Assembly: GCA_014896375.1 (NCBI GenBank)
Contig: JADBKN010000009.1
Location: 75,088-139,087, forward strand
Origin: Bacillota bacterium
Lineage (GTDB): Bacteria > Bacillota > Sulfobacillia > RBS10-35 > Bu92
Length of the DNA stretch: 64,000 nucleotides
Direction of reading: 5' to 3'
In this document: positions 1 through 11,124 of the stretch, in pieces
Layout of the letters: every line of letters begins with the position of its first letter
Position numbering within the stretch: position 1 is the first letter of the stretch
Notes under the pieces: model-generated
Database searches by the model: none
Seen by the model: only the letters and a program-made list of their open reading frames with translations
What the model was told of the DNA's origin: nothing
Program-made: the position numbers and the translations under genes

Positions 1-720
1 GCCTTCCTCTCACTCGTCTCGAAGGGCGCGGCCTTGGCCGCCATCGTGCGCGTCGTGGCGGTGGGCCTGGGCCCGCTGCATGCCGACTGGCAGCTGGCGC
101 TGGCCGTGCTCTCGGCCCTGACGATGACCGTCGGCAACGTGTCCGCGCTCTGGCAGAAGAACGTCAAGCGCCTGCTCGCGTACTCGTCGGTGGCGCACGC
201 CGGCTACGTCCTGGCGGGCATCGCCGTGGGCACGGCGCTGGGCCTGCAGGCGGTGCTGTTCTACATCCTCGCCTACCTCTTCATGAACCTGGGCGCCTTC
301 GGCGTCGTCATGGCCCTCTCGGGCCAGGGTGAGGGGGAGACCCTTGAGGACCTCGCCGGACTGGCGCGCCGCTCGCCCTGGCTGGCGGCGCTCCTCGCGC
401 TCTTCGCGCTCTCGCTCCTCGGCCTCCCCTGGACGGCCGGGTTCATGGGCAAGCTGCTCCTCTTTCAGGCGACCGTCTCTAGCCACATGACGTGGCTCGC
501 GCTCTTTATCGCGGTGAACACGGGCATCTCCGCGTACTATTACTTCCTGCTCATCCGGCAGATGTACCTGCGGCCGGCGAAGAGCGCGGCGCCCGTGCGC
601 GCGGACGCCTGGCTGGCGGCGGGCCTCGCCGTGGCGGCGGCAGGGGTGCTGCTTTTGGGCATCTTCCCCCAGTCGTTCCTTGAGTGGTCGCAGCTCGCAG
701 CCTTCATGCCGCTGCCCTGA
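1..720 (+). CDS. nuoN: NADH-quinone oxidoreductase subunit N, C-terminal part (5' end lies outside the window)
   Basis: The frame is open from base 1. The translation is a polytopic membrane protein with typical NuoN/ND2 C-terminal segments (…LLAYSSVAHAGYVLAGIA…FYILAYLFMNLGAFG…GLPWTAGFMGKLLLF…). Stop codon at 718-720. Confidence 0.8.
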   Translation, partial: AFLSLVSKGAALAAIVRVVAVGLGPLHADWQLALAVLSALTMTVGNVSALWQKNVKRLLAYSSVAHAGYVLAGIAVGTALGLQAVLFYILAYLFMNLGAFGVVMALSGQGEGETLEDLAGLARRSPWLAALLALFALSLLGLPWTAGFMGKLLLFQATVSSHMTWLALFIAVNTGISAYYYFLLIRQMYLRPAKSAAPVRADAWLAAGLAVAAAGVLLLGIFPQSFLEWSQLAAFMPLP

Positions 721-1073
721 CGGCCGGCCAGGCCGGGCTTGCTCTAGCGGCGGCGAGCGGAGGACGCCCGTACATTCTGGCGGCGCGCGCACGCGCGCCG
801 CCGTTTCGTGTCGAAGGCCGGCACGCGGCGCGCGGAGCGGCCATTGCGTTCCGGCGCGCAGCGGGCGGCGCCGCGCGCTCGCCTTGTCGAACGGTTGTCC
901 CGGCCGGCGGCAGGAAATTCGACCCGATTCGTCCAAACTCCGCCTGGACACTCCAGATATAGGTGGCTTATCATGACGGGGCCGGCATATCTGGAGGTCG
1001 AGCGGACCGCCGGGGGTGCGTGTCGGAGCGGCGCTCATGCGGCCGCGGGCCGTCGCCGGTGTGGAGGACGAGC

Positions 1074-1529
1074 ATGCGTTGCCCGTTTTGCGACCACCCC
1101 GACAGCAAGGTGCTCGAGTCCCGTCCCACGGAGGAGGGCGCCGTCATCCGGAGGCGGCGCGAGTGCCCGGCGTGCGGCCAGCGGTTCACCACCTACGAGA
1201 AGGTCCAGTTCGCGCCCCTCATGGTGATCAAGAAGGACGGGCGGCGGGAGGCCTTCGACCCGCAAAAGATCCTCGCCGGCATCGTCACTGCGTGTGAGAA
1301 GCGGCCGGTCCCGTATGAAGCGATCGAGCGCATCGTGGCGGAGATCGAGCGCGAGCTGCGCGGGCGGCTGGACAAGGAGGTCCGCACGCAGGAGATCGGC
1401 GAGATGGTGATGGAGCGCCTGCGGAAGCTGGATGAGGTCGCGTACGTCCGCTTCGCCTCGGTGTACCGGCAGTTCAAGGACATCCAGCGGTTCAAGGAAG
1501 AGCTCGAGCGCTTGATGGAGCAGTCCTGA
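1074..1529 (+). CDS. nrdR: Transcriptional repressor NrdR (Zn-ribbon plus ATP-cone)
   Basis: [17 protein letters not shown]…[14 protein letters not shown]… is the canonical NrdR N-terminus. About 151 aa. Lies directly upstream of the RNR gene. Confidence 0.9.
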   Translation: MRCPFCDHPDSKVLESRPTEEGAVIRRRRECPACGQRFTTYEKVQFAPLMVIKKDGRREAFDPQKILAGIVTACEKRPVPYEAIERIVAEIERELRGRLDKEVRTQEIGEMVMERLRKLDEVAYVRFASVYRQFKDIQRFKEELERLMEQS

Positions 1530-1541
1530 GCCGCGTATAAT
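1512..1541 (+). promoter_or_regulatory. Candidate sigma-A promoter for nrdJ (TTGATG-N18-TATAAT) in the 3' end of nrdR. A palindrome CGAACAcacGTTCG (1543-1556) follows immediately and is a possible operator.
   Basis: A TATAAT hexamer at 1536-1541 is rare in this GC-rich DNA. A TTGATG hexamer lies 18 nt upstream. The dyad sits just downstream, ahead of the nrdJ RBS. Confidence 0.35.
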
Positions 1542-1593
1542 ACGAACACACGTTCGCGCCTGCGGGCGCGGACGGCGCAGGGGGAGACGGGCC

Positions 1594-4242
1594 TTGTCAG
1601 AACGGCAGGAGGAGCAGTACGGCGGGCTGCCCACGGAGCTGTCCTGGAAGATCTTCATCGACCGCTACACGGTGAAGGACCAGGCGCGCCAGTTCCAGCC
1701 GGGAGAGCTGGCCGTCGTGCAGACGAACGACGACCCGAAATGGCCCCGCAAGGAGCTCGGACGCGTGTTGAGGGTCGATGAGGCCGAGGACCGGATCGAG
1801 CTTGAGCTGCTCACCGGAGCGGACAAGGGACAGCGCATCGTGCGCCGCCGCCGGGAGTGCGATCGCCCGCTGGAGACGTCGCTGCGCCAGGTGGCGGAGC
1901 GCATCGCGCGCGGCCTCGCCGCCGTGGAGACGGACGCGAAGGCGCGCAAGCGCTGGGAGCGCACCTTCGCGGAGGAGATCGCGGCGCTGCGCGTGGTGCC
2001 CGGCGGCCGCGTCTGGGCCGGCGCGGGTACGGGCATCCCGCTCACGCTCTTCAACTGCTACGTCCTGCCGAACCCGAAGGACAGCCGCCAGGGCATCGTG
2101 GAGACGCTCGGGCAGATGATCGAGATCATGTCGCGCGGGGGCGGCGTGGGCATCAACGTCTCCAGCCTGCGGCCGTACCGCGCGGTGGTCCGCGGCGTCA
2201 ACGGCCGCAGTTCGGGCGCCGTCTCGTGGATGGAGCTCTACAGCCTCGCCACGGGCCTCGTGGAGCAGGGCGGCTCGCGCCGCGGGGCGCTGATGCTGCA
2301 GCTCGACATCCGCCATCCGGACTGGAAGCGCTTCATCGACTGCAAGAAGGTGCCCGGCAAGGTCGAGAACGCGAACATCAGCCTGCGCATCACGGACGAT
2401 TTCATGACGGCCGTCAAGGAGGACCGCGACTGGGCCTTCTGGTTCCCGGACACCACGCACCCTCAATACAACGAGATCTGGGACGGCGACTTCGACAAGT
2501 GGGAGGCGCTCGGCCTGCCCAAGATCGAGTACGAGACTGTGCCCGCGCGAAAGGTGTGGCAGGAGATCATCCAGGCCGCATGGGCGAGCGCGGAGCCGGG
2601 CGTCGTATTCTCCACGCGGCATGAGAAGGATTCTAACAGTTGGTACTACAATCCTTTGATTTGCACGAACCCTTGCGCGGAACAACCGCTGCCAGCTTGG
2701 GGCGTCTGCACATTAGGCCATGTGAATCTGGCGCATATGTATGACGCTGCACAGAATGATGTCGATTGGCAGCAACTGCGCCACTCGGTGCGCACGCTCG
2801 TGCGGCTCCTCGACAACGTCGTCGACGCGACGCACTACTTCATCGAGGAGAACCGCCAGAACCAGATGCGGGAGCGGCGCATCGGCGCGGGCACGCTCGG
2901 GCTTGGAGAGCTCCTCATCCGGCTCGGCCTGCGCTACGGTTCGCCCGAGGCGGTCGAGTTCACGGACAAGCTCTACCGCTTCATCGCCGTGGAGGCGTAC
3001 AAGGCCTCCATCGACCTCGCCAAGGAGAAGGGGCCGTTCCCCGCCTTCGACGCGGAGAAGTTCCTCCAGTCCGGCTTCATGCGGCGCATGCCGGAAGAGG
3101 TGCGGGAGCTCGTGCGGCGGCACGGCATCCGCAACGTCACGGTGCTGACGCAGGCGCCGACGGGCACGGTGGGCACGATGCTCGACACATCGACCGGCAT
3201 CGAGCCGTTCTACTCCCTCAAGTTCACGCGCCAGTCGCGCCTCGGCGTCGACACGCAATATGTGCGCGTGGCGCAGGAGTGGCTGGACGCGCACCCCGGC
3301 GAGCCGCTGCCGGACTACTTCGTGGGGGCGCTGGACCTCACGCCGGAGGAGCACATCGCCATGCAGGCGGCGATCCAGCGCTGGACGGACAGCAGCATCT
3401 CCAAGACGGCGAACGCGCCGGCGGACTACACGGTGGAGCAGACGGCCGAGTTGTACATGAAGGCGTACGACATGGGCTGCAAGGGCGTCACCGTCTACCG
3501 GGACAGCTCGCGCTACGAGCAGGTCCTGCGCGACGCGTCCAAGGAAGACGCCGGCGAGGGCGAGGAGGGGGCGCCGCAGGCCGCCGCGGCCCCGGCCGCA
3601 CCGGCGGGCGTGGGCGGGCAGGTCGTCAACGGCACATGGGGGCGCATCCGGCCGATCCCGCGCCCGAAGCGGCTGGTGGGCGTCACGGACGCCAAGGACA
3701 CGCCGCTCGGGAAGCTCTTCCTCACGCTCAACCTCCTCAACGGCCACCCGGTCGAGCTCTTCGCGCAGATCGGCCGGGCGGGCAGCGATGTGGCGGCGTT
3801 CACGGAGGCGGTGGCGCGGCTGGTGTCCCTGGCGCTGCGGTCCGGCGTGGACCCGCAGGAGGTGGCGGACCAGCTCATCGGCATCGGCGGCAGCCGTTCC
3901 GTGGGGTACGGGCCGAACCGCGTGCGCTCCGTGCCGGACGCGATCGGCCAGTTCATCAGCGAGATGCTCGCGGCGGCGTCCGTGGAGGAGCTGATGCGCC
4001 AGACGGCGCCCCTCGCCGGCGCGGGCCGCGGGCCGGCGCGCGAGGAGCAGGCGGCCACGCGCACCGAGACGCGGCCGCAGGTCCATGTGTCTCCAGACGT
4101 GCTGGCATCGGCGGGCGCTCACGCGAACGGAAACGGCAACGGCCTGCGGCACGCGGACATCTGCCCCGTGTGCGGCGTGCAGGCGCTCGTTCACGAGGAA
4201 GGATGCGTGCACTGCTACGCCTGTGGGCACAGTGAATGTTAG
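1594..4242 (+). CDS. nrdJ: Adenosylcobalamin-dependent ribonucleoside-triphosphate/diphosphate reductase (class II RNR, NrdJ)
   Basis: 882-aa ORF with class II RNR signatures (…CTNPCAEQPLPAWGVCTLGHVNL…) and a C-terminal Cys-rich Zn-ribbon (CPVCGVQALVHEEGCVHCYACGHSEC). Follows nrdR. Confidence 0.9.
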   Translation: MSERQEEQYGGLPTELSWKIFIDRYTVKDQARQFQPGELAVVQTNDDPKWPRKELGRVLRVDEAEDRIELELLTGADKGQRIVRRRRECDRPLETSLRQVAERIARGLAAVETDAKARKRWERTFAEEIAALRVVPGGRVWAGAGTGIPLTLFNCYVLPNPKDSRQGIVETLGQMIEIMSRGGGVGINVSSLRPYRAVVRGVNGRSSGAVSWMELYSLATGLVEQGGSRRGALMLQLDIRHPDWKRFIDCKKVPGKVENANISLRITDDFMTAVKEDRDWAFWFPDTTHPQYNEIWDGDFDKWEALGLPKIEYETVPARKVWQEIIQAAWASAEPGVVFSTRHEKDSNSWYYNPLICTNPCAEQPLPAWGVCTLGHVNLAHMYDAAQNDVDWQQLRHSVRTLVRLLDNVVDATHYFIEENRQNQMRERRIGAGTLGLGELLIRLGLRYGSPEAVEFTDKLYRFIAVEAYKASIDLAKEKGPFPAFDAEKFLQSGFMRRMPEEVRELVRRHGIRNVTVLTQAPTGTVGTMLDTSTGIEPFYSLKFTRQSRLGVDTQYVRVAQEWLDAHPGEPLPDYFVGALDLTPEEHIAMQAAIQRWTDSSISKTANAPADYTVEQTAELYMKAYDMGCKGVTVYRDSSRYEQVLRDASKEDAGEGEEGAPQAAAAPAAPAGVGGQVVNGTWGRIRPIPRPKRLVGVTDAKDTPLGKLFLTLNLLNGHPVELFAQIGRAGSDVAAFTEAVARLVSLALRSGVDPQEVADQLIGIGGSRSVGYGPNRVRSVPDAIGQFISEMLAAASVEELMRQTAPLAGAGRGPAREEQAATRTETRPQVHVSPDVLASAGAHANGNGNGLRHADICPVCGVQALVHEEGCVHCYACGHSEC

Positions 4243-4308
4243 AATCGCGCTGGCCGACCCGCATTCCGTCCGATCTCAAAGCGCGGGAGGAAGAGGGGGA
4301 ACGGGGCC

Positions 4309-4530
4309 GTGGCGACGACCGTAGAGGTGCGCGAGGGCCAGTACGTTCTGACGGTGAGGCCGGCCGGCCACTGCGTGGAGTGGGCGATCACCTATGAGCC
4401 GCCCTCGCCCGCGGCGCGCCGCTCAAGGACCATCATCTCCGGCCTGGCGCGCTCGGAGGAGGAGGCCCTGCGGCGCGGACAGCTGCAGCTTCAGGCGCTC
4501 GGCGTGGCGCGCGAGCGCGTACGGGTGTAA
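4309..4530 (+). CDS. Small hypothetical protein (73 aa)
   Basis: GTG start preceded by a purine-rich RBS-like stretch (gggaggaagaggggga). Ends just before a strong intrinsic terminator. No recognisable family. Confidence 0.3.
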   Translation: MATTVEVREGQYVLTVRPAGHCVEWAITYEPPSPAARRSRTIISGLARSEEEALRRGQLQLQALGVARERVRV

Positions 4531-4578
4531 GGCGTCGACCGTCGTGGCGCGGCGGCGGCGCGAAACTTGAGCGGATGC

Positions 4579-4612
4579 GAGTCCCCCATCGGCCGGCGGG
4601 GGACTCGTTTTA
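4579..4612 (+). terminator. Rho-independent terminator closing the nrdR-nrdJ unit
   Basis: Perfect 9-bp GC stem GAGTCCCCC/GGGGGACTC with a 10-nt loop, followed by GTTTTA. Confidence 0.6.
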
Positions 4613-4622
4613 TGAACAAATC

Positions 4623-4665
4623 TTCACGCGCATGTCTCTAGTCGCTTCATCTGCGGGTCTTAGCA
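4623..4665 (+). promoter_or_regulatory. Possible Pho-box-like direct repeats (CTTCA…CTTCA…CTTAG) upstream of pstS
   Basis: Repeated CTTCA pentamers spaced about 2 helical turns apart in the pstS leader. The Pho regulon context comes from the adjacent phoPR. Weak match to the Bacillus TT(A/C)ACA consensus. Confidence 0.2.
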
Positions 4666-4701
4666 TGGGGCACGAAGGCGCCTGACTAGACCCAAGACGA
4701 G

Positions 4702-5811
<1,110 letters not shown>

Positions 5812-6782
5812 CCCGGGCGGGGCCCCTGCGGCCTTGCGCTCACGCGGGGACAGGGCTTTCCGGCTTGCCACGATGCTCGCCGCGGCCGCCGTACTGGCGG
5901 CCGCGGCGGCGATCGCGTTTGTCCTGCTCAGGGCGTCCGCACCGGCCATCTCGCGCTTTGGCCCGGCGTTCCTCGTCCGCGCCGATTGGGATCCGATCCG
6001 CCTCTCCTTCGGCGCGCTGCCTTTTGTGTGGGGAACGCTGTACACGACGGCGATCGCGACGGTGCTGGCCGTGGCCGCGGGCGTGATGACGGCGCTGTAC
6101 CTCACAGAGGTCGCCGGCGGAGGGACCAGAGCCGTGCTGGGATTCACGATCGAGTTCCTCGCCGCCATTCCGAGCGTCATCTTCGGGCTCTGGGGACTGT
6201 ACGTCCTGATCCCGTGGCTGCGCGACCATGTGGCGGTGCCGCTCTCCATGAGGGCGGGGGACTTCCCGCTTTTGGCCGGCCCCGTCTACGGGCCGGGGAT
6301 GCTGGCGGCCGGTCTTGTGCTGGCCGTCATGATCGTGCCGACCGTTGCCGCCGTCAGCCGCGAGGTGTTCGCGTCCGTGCCGGAGACCCTGCGCGACGCG
6401 GCGTACGCCCTGGGCGTGACGCGCTGGGAGATGGTGCGCACGGTGCTCCTCCCCGCGGCGAAGGGAGGCCTCCTTGGCGCCGTGGTGCTGGCCGTGGGCC
6501 GGGCGATGGGGGAGACCATGGCCGTGACCATGGTGATCGGCAACGCGGCGGCCGTCTCCGTCTCCCTCTTTGCACCCGGCAACACGATGTCGAGCGTGAT
6601 CGCCAACCAGTTCGCCGAGGCGACGGAGCGTCTGCATCAGGCCGCGCTGATGGAGATCGGCCTCCTCCTCTTCCTGACGACGCTGCTCGTGAACCTTGGC
6701 GCGCGCTGGCTCGCGGCCCGCACGGCCGCCCGCGCCATGATGGTGCCTCCCTTCGCCGGCGCACCGGAGGAGGGACAGGCCG

Positions 6783-7640
6783 ATGCCGCCTGACGCAGGG
6801 CGCTGGACGGCGTGGCGGCGAGTCCAGGAGAGAGCCGTCACGCTCTGCCTCCTTCTCGCCACGGGCGTGGTCCTCGTGCCCGTGGCCAGCGTGCTGTACG
6901 TCACCGTGCGCAATGGCATCGCGGCCTGGAACTGGGCGTTCTTCACGCAGGTGCCCGCGGCCGTCGGCGCTTCAGGTGGAGGCGTGGGCAACGCGATTGC
7001 GGGCACTGCGTTGCTCGTGATGCTCGCGCTCTTCGTCGCCGCACCGGTCGGTCTCATGGCCGGCGTCTACCTGTCGGAGTTCGGCCGGGAGGGAGGGTTC
7101 CCGCGCGCCGTGCGGGTCGTCAACGACGCTCTCATGGGGGTTCCTACGATCGTTCTCGGCATCTTCGTCTACGCCGCGGTTGTCGTGCCGATGGGCCATT
7201 TCTCCGCGCTCGCCGGATCGGTGGCGCTCGCGCTCATCCTCATCCCCACCGTCGTCCGGGTGACCGAAGACATGCTGCGCATGGTGCCGCCGGAACTGCG
7301 GGACGCCGGCCTCGCGCTCGGCGTGCCCGAGTGGCGGGTGATCACCTCCATTGTGCTGCGCGCCGCCTTTCCGGGGATTCTCACGGGGATCGCCCTCGGC
7401 GTGGCGCGGATTGCGGGCGAGACGGCGCCTCTCCTTTTCACAGCGTTCGGCAACCCGAACTGGGCGCTCAACCCGCTGCAGCCGGTGTCGGCCCTGCCGT
7501 TGCAGGTCTTCCTCGACGCCGTCTCTCCGTATGCGGACCTTCAGCAGAAGGCTTGGGGCGCCGCTCTCTTGCTGATCGTGATCGTCGCGTGCGGCAACGG
7601 TTTCGCACGTGCCTACACCTACGGCCGAAAGGTGGGTTGA
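6783..7640 (+). CDS. pstA: Phosphate ABC transporter permease PstA
   Basis: Second permease of the pst operon (…NAIAGTALLVMLALFVAAPVGLMAGVYLSEFG…). Overlaps the pstC stop. Confidence 0.85.
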   Translation: MPPDAGRWTAWRRVQERAVTLCLLLATGVVLVPVASVLYVTVRNGIAAWNWAFFTQVPAAVGASGGGVGNAIAGTALLVMLALFVAAPVGLMAGVYLSEFGREGGFPRAVRVVNDALMGVPTIVLGIFVYAAVVVPMGHFSALAGSVALALILIPTVVRVTEDMLRMVPPELRDAGLALGVPEWRVITSIVLRAAFPGILTGIALGVARIAGETAPLLFTAFGNPNWALNPLQPVSALPLQVFLDAVSPYADLQQKAWGAALLLIVIVACGNGFARAYTYGRKVG

Positions 7641-7645
7641 CGCAG

Positions 7646-8458
7646 ATGACCCCCGTACTTGAGGCGGAGCACCTGCACCTGATGTACGGCGCCCGCCCGG
7701 CGCTGCACGATGTCACGCTGGACGTGCGCGAGCACGAGGTGCTGGCGATCATCGGCCCGTCCGGCTGCGGCAAGTCGACGCTCCTGCGCACCTTCAACCG
7801 CATGAACGACCGCATCCCCGGCGTGAGGGTGATCGGCTCCGTCCGCTTCCGCGGCCGCTCCGTCTTCGACATCGAGCCGACGTCTCTGCGCCGGCAGGTG
7901 GGCATGGTCTTCCAGCGGCCGACGCCATTCCCGATGAGCATCTTCGACAACGTGGCCTACGGGCCGCGCATGCACGGCGTGCGCGACCGCCGCCGCCTGA
8001 AGGAGATCGTGGAGACGAGCCTGCGGCGCGCCGCCCTCTGGGACGAGGTCAAGGACAAGCTCTCCGCGCCGGCTGCGGCGCTTTCGGGCGGCCAGCAGCA
8101 GCGCCTCTGCATCGCGCGCACGCTGGCTGTGGAACCGCAGGTCATCCTCCTGGATGAGCCGACTTCCGCGCTCGACCCAGGTGCCACGGCCAAGATTGAG
8201 GAATTGATCGAGGAACTGGCGGGCGCGTACACCATCGTGCTGGTGACGCACAACCTGGACCAGGCGGAGCGCGTGTCCGACCGCGTCGCGTTCATGCTCG
8301 CGGGCGAGGTCGTGGAGGTGGGGCCGACGGCCGAGGTGTTTGAGCGGCCGCGCGATCCGCGCACGGAGCGCTACCTGGCGGGGCGGCCGCTCACCGTGGC
8401 GCGGAGAGGGGTTCGCGGCCCGCGCCTGGCGCCGGTCGGGGAATGGGGGGCGCGTTGA
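7646..8458 (+). CDS. pstB: Phosphate import ATP-binding protein PstB
   Basis: Walker A GPSGCGKST, signature [16 protein letters not shown], Walker [12 protein letters not shown]. The long six-frame ORF 6812..8458 is coding only from the ATG at 7646. Confidence 0.9.
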   Translation: MTPVLEAEHLHLMYGARPALHDVTLDVREHEVLAIIGPSGCGKSTLLRTFNRMNDRIPGVRVIGSVRFRGRSVFDIEPTSLRRQVGMVFQRPTPFPMSIFDNVAYGPRMHGVRDRRRLKEIVETSLRRAALWDEVKDKLSAPAAALSGGQQQRLCIARTLAVEPQVILLDEPTSALDPGATAKIEELIEELAGAYTIVLVTHNLDQAERVSDRVAFMLAGEVVEVGPTAEVFERPRDPRTERYLAGRPLTVARRGVRGPRLAPVGEWGAR

Positions 8459-9145
8459 ATGCCGGCGGAGGTCCTCGTGATCGAGGACGATCAGGACATC
8501 CGTGAGCTCGTGACCCACCACCTGGAGCGCGCCGGCTTCCGCGTGCGCGTGGCGGCCACGGCGGCCGAGGGCTGGGAGCGCTTCCGGGAGCGGGCGCCGG
8601 ATGTCGTCGTGCTCGACCTTCTCCTCCCGGACGGGCACGGCTTCGATCTCTGCAGGAGGTTCCGCGAGGAGGACAAGGGCGTGGGCATCGTCATGCTCAC
8701 GGCGCTCTCAGAGGAGGCCGACCAGGTCGCGGGGCTGGAGCTGGGCGCCGACGATTACGTCGTCAAGCCCTTCCGCCCGCGGGAGCTCGTGGCGCGCGTG
8801 CGGGCCGTCCTGCGGCGGGCCTCCGCGGCGCCCGCCGGCGGCGTGGTGCGCGCGGGGCGGCTGTCCATCGACCCGGTGCGCATGGTCGCGACCGTCGACG
8901 GCCGCGCGATTCCCCTCACGGCCATGGAGTTCAAGCTGCTCTACACTCTGGCGGAGCGCCCCGGGGCCGTCTGGACGCGGCGGCAGCTCCTCGACCGCGT
9001 GTGGGGCGACGACTTCGTCGGCGACGAGCGCACGGTGGACGTGCACATCCGCCACATCCGCGCGAAGCTGGAGCCCTTCGGGGCGGCGGGGCTCGTCGAC
9101 ACCGTGCGCGGCGTCGGCTACCGGCTCCGGGACGACGCGTCGTGA
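8459..9145 (+). CDS. phoP: OmpR-family response regulator (PhoP/PhoB-like)
   Basis: Receiver domain (VLVIEDDQDIRELV…VVLDLLLPDGHGFDLC) plus winged-helix OmpR C-terminus (…VDVHIRHIRAKLEP…GVGYRL). Immediately follows pstB. Confidence 0.85.
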   Translation: MPAEVLVIEDDQDIRELVTHHLERAGFRVRVAATAAEGWERFRERAPDVVVLDLLLPDGHGFDLCRRFREEDKGVGIVMLTALSEEADQVAGLELGADDYVVKPFRPRELVARVRAVLRRASAAPAGGVVRAGRLSIDPVRMVATVDGRAIPLTAMEFKLLYTLAERPGAVWTRRQLLDRVWGDDFVGDERTVDVHIRHIRAKLEPFGAAGLVDTVRGVGYRLRDDAS

Positions 9146-10440
9146 ACGGGCCCCTCTGGCTCCTGGCGCCGTTTCTCGCCGTGGGCGCGGCCTGCCTGCT
9201 CTTCTGGGCGGGGCTTCGCGCCGAGCGCGCCCGCTGGTGGCCGCTGCAGCGCGCGGCCCGCGTGGCCGTGGAACGCGCCGGGGACGGGACGCGCGGCACG
9301 GGCGGCGGCGACGACCCTCACGCCCTCGCGCGGCGGCTCTCGGAGGTCGTGTCCGGGCTGCAGGCCTACCGGCGGCATACGGCCGCCGAGGTGGCGAACC
9401 TGCGCGCCGCGCTCGACGGTCTGGAGGAGGGCGTGGTGCTGCTCGACGGCTACGGGAGCGTGATGCTCGCGAACGCCGCCGCACGGAAGATCTGGGGCGC
9501 GCTCGTGCCCACCGTGCGGGGTCCGCAGGAGATCGAGCTCTTTGGGCAGGCGGACGTCGACCGGGCGCTCTCCGACGTGCGCCGCGACGGCCGGCCGCGC
9601 GTGCTGGAGACGGCGCACGGCGATCCGCCCCGCATCTACGAGGTCCGCATCCGCCCCCTGGCGCGCGGCGACGCGGTGGCGCCGGCGCTTCTCGCCGTCA
9701 CGCGCGACATGACGGAGATCCGTGCGGTGGAGCGCATGCGCCGCGAATTCGTCGCCAACGCCTCGCATGAGCTGCGCACGCCGCTCACGGCCATCCAGGG
9801 CTACGCGGATACCCTGCGCGAGGGGCTGCTGGACGAGGACACGCGCCGCCGCTACCTCGAGCGCATCGCGGCCAGCGCCGACGCGATGGCGCGCATCGTC
9901 GACGACATGCTGACCCTCGCGCGCGTGGAGAGCTTCGAGACGCCGCTGCGCCGCACGCGCCTCGACCTGGCCGAGGTGGCGGCGGACGCGGCCGAGACGT
10001 TCCGCCCCCTCTTCGCGGAGCGCGGCTTGCGCTTCAGCGCGAACCTCGCACCGGCCCCGGCCTTCGCCGACGCGGACCAGCTGCAGCATGTGGCGGCCAA
10101 TCTCTTGAGCAACGCCGCCCGCTACACGCCTCCCGGGGGATCCGTCCACCTGCGGACGGAGGTGCGGGAAGCCGATGGGCGGCGATGGGCGGCGCTCATC
10201 GTGGAGGACACCGGCATCGGCATCCCGCCGGAGCACCGCACGCGCATCTTCGAGCGCTTCTACCGGGTCGACCGCGGCCGCAGCCGGGAGGCGGGGGGCA
10301 CAGGGCTGGGCCTGGCGATCGTCAAGCACATCGTGGCGCGCCACGAGGGGCGCGTGTGGGTGGAGGGGCGCGAGGGGCCCGGCAGCCGCTTCGTGGTGCT
10401 CCTGCCGGCCGAGCCGCAGCCCAGCGAGGGGGAGACGTGA
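9142..10440 (+). CDS. phoR: Sensor histidine kinase (PhoR-like)
   Basis: GTG start overlaps the phoP stop (GTGA). N-terminal TM, PAS-like region, H-box FVANASHELRTPLTAIQGY and HATPase_c motifs (…GTGLGLAIVKHIV…). Confidence 0.85.
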   Translation: MNGPLWLLAPFLAVGAACLLFWAGLRAERARWWPLQRAARVAVERAGDGTRGTGGGDDPHALARRLSEVVSGLQAYRRHTAAEVANLRAALDGLEEGVVLLDGYGSVMLANAAARKIWGALVPTVRGPQEIELFGQADVDRALSDVRRDGRPRVLETAHGDPPRIYEVRIRPLARGDAVAPALLAVTRDMTEIRAVERMRREFVANASHELRTPLTAIQGYADTLREGLLDEDTRRRYLERIAASADAMARIVDDMLTLARVESFETPLRRTRLDLAEVAADAAETFRPLFAERGLRFSANLAPAPAFADADQLQHVAANLLSNAARYTPPGGSVHLRTEVREADGRRWAALIVEDTGIGIPPEHRTRIFERFYRVDRGRSREAGGTGLGLAIVKHIVARHEGRVWVEGREGPGSRFVVLLPAEPQPSEGET

Positions 10441-10457
10441 CGGGAATCCATGAAGAA

Positions 10458-10482
10458 GGGGGAGGGGCTCAGCCCCTCCCCC
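10458..10482. terminator. Bidirectional intrinsic terminator between the convergent genes phoR and sleB-like
   Basis: Perfect 12-bp GC stem GGGGGAGGGGCT / AGCCCCTCCCCC with a 1-nt loop. U-rich flank (UUCUUCA) on the minus-strand side. Confidence 0.5.
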
Positions 10483-10491
10483 TTCCGCCGA

Positions 10492-11124
10492 TCAGCGCGC
10501 GAAGAAGTGCGCGCCGATGCGCGCCGTCAGCCGCTGGCTCCAAAGGAACGGGCTCCACGTCTTCGACGGCTCGAAGAAGTAGAGCGCGCCGCGCGACGGG
10601 TCCACGCCCTGGAGCGCCAGTGCGACCGCCTCGCGGTCCTCGGCCGTCGGCGGGTCGCTCGTGAAGTAGTAGTTGCCGACCGACTCGAACTCCCCCGGCG
10701 CGTAGATGACGTCGGCGACCGTGCGCCCGAAGCGGCCGCTCTTCACGCGGTTGAGCACGACGGCCGCCACCGCGATGCGCCCGGAGAGCGGCTGGTTGCC
10801 CGCCTCCGCGTGGACGAGGTGGGCGAGCAGCTCGCGCTCCGCGGGTGTGACCGGCACCACGGGGCGACGCTCCGCCGCTGCGGAGGCCTCGCCACCGGAC
10901 GCCGCGCCGCCTCGGCCGGAGGCCGGCGCGCCCTGCGCACGGCTGCGCTGGGCCGCCGCCTTCGCGGCGGGCGACGGCGCCTCCGGCGCGGCGGCGGCTT
11001 CCGCCGGCGCGCCCGGCGCGCTCACGACGGCGGCCGGCCGCTCCGCGGCGCGGGCCAAGCCGGCGCCGATGCCGATTTCGCTCAGCGCCAGCGCGGCGAT
11101 CAGCGCCATGCTGACAATTTTCAT
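10492..11124 (-). CDS. SleB/CwlJ-family cell-wall hydrolase (spore cortex-lytic enzyme-like)
   Basis: Signal peptide, Ala/Pro-rich linker and a Hydrolase_2 domain (…ELLAHLVHAEAGNQPLSGRIAVAAVVLNRVKSGRFGRTVADVIYAPGEFE…). Strong RBS AAGGAGGG upstream. Confidence 0.75.
   Translation of the reverse strand: MKIVSMALIAALALSEIGIGAGLARAAERPAAVVSAPGAPAEAAAAPEAPSPAAKAAAQRSRAQGAPASGRGGAASGGEASAAAERRPVVPVTPAERELLAHLVHAEAGNQPLSGRIAVAAVVLNRVKSGRFGRTVADVIYAPGEFESVGNYYFTSDPPTAEDREAVALALQGVDPSRGALYFFEPSKTWSPFLWSQRLTARIGAHFFAR

Noticed and set aside
2766-4235. 489-aa plus-strand ORF in an alternative frame inside nrdJ
   Set aside because: Low-complexity RGAP-rich product lying wholly within the confident NrdJ reading frame. 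Stop codons are simply rare in this GC-rich DNA.
5840-7057. 405-aa minus-strand ORF antisense to pstC and pstA
   Set aside because: Mirror-frame artefact with a basic low-complexity product. Conflicts with two confident permease genes.
6812-7645. Upstream 278 codons of the long ORF 6812..8458
   Set aside because: Only the last 271 codons (from the ATG at 7646) encode PstB. The upstream part is an out-of-frame overlay of pstA with a junk-like translation.
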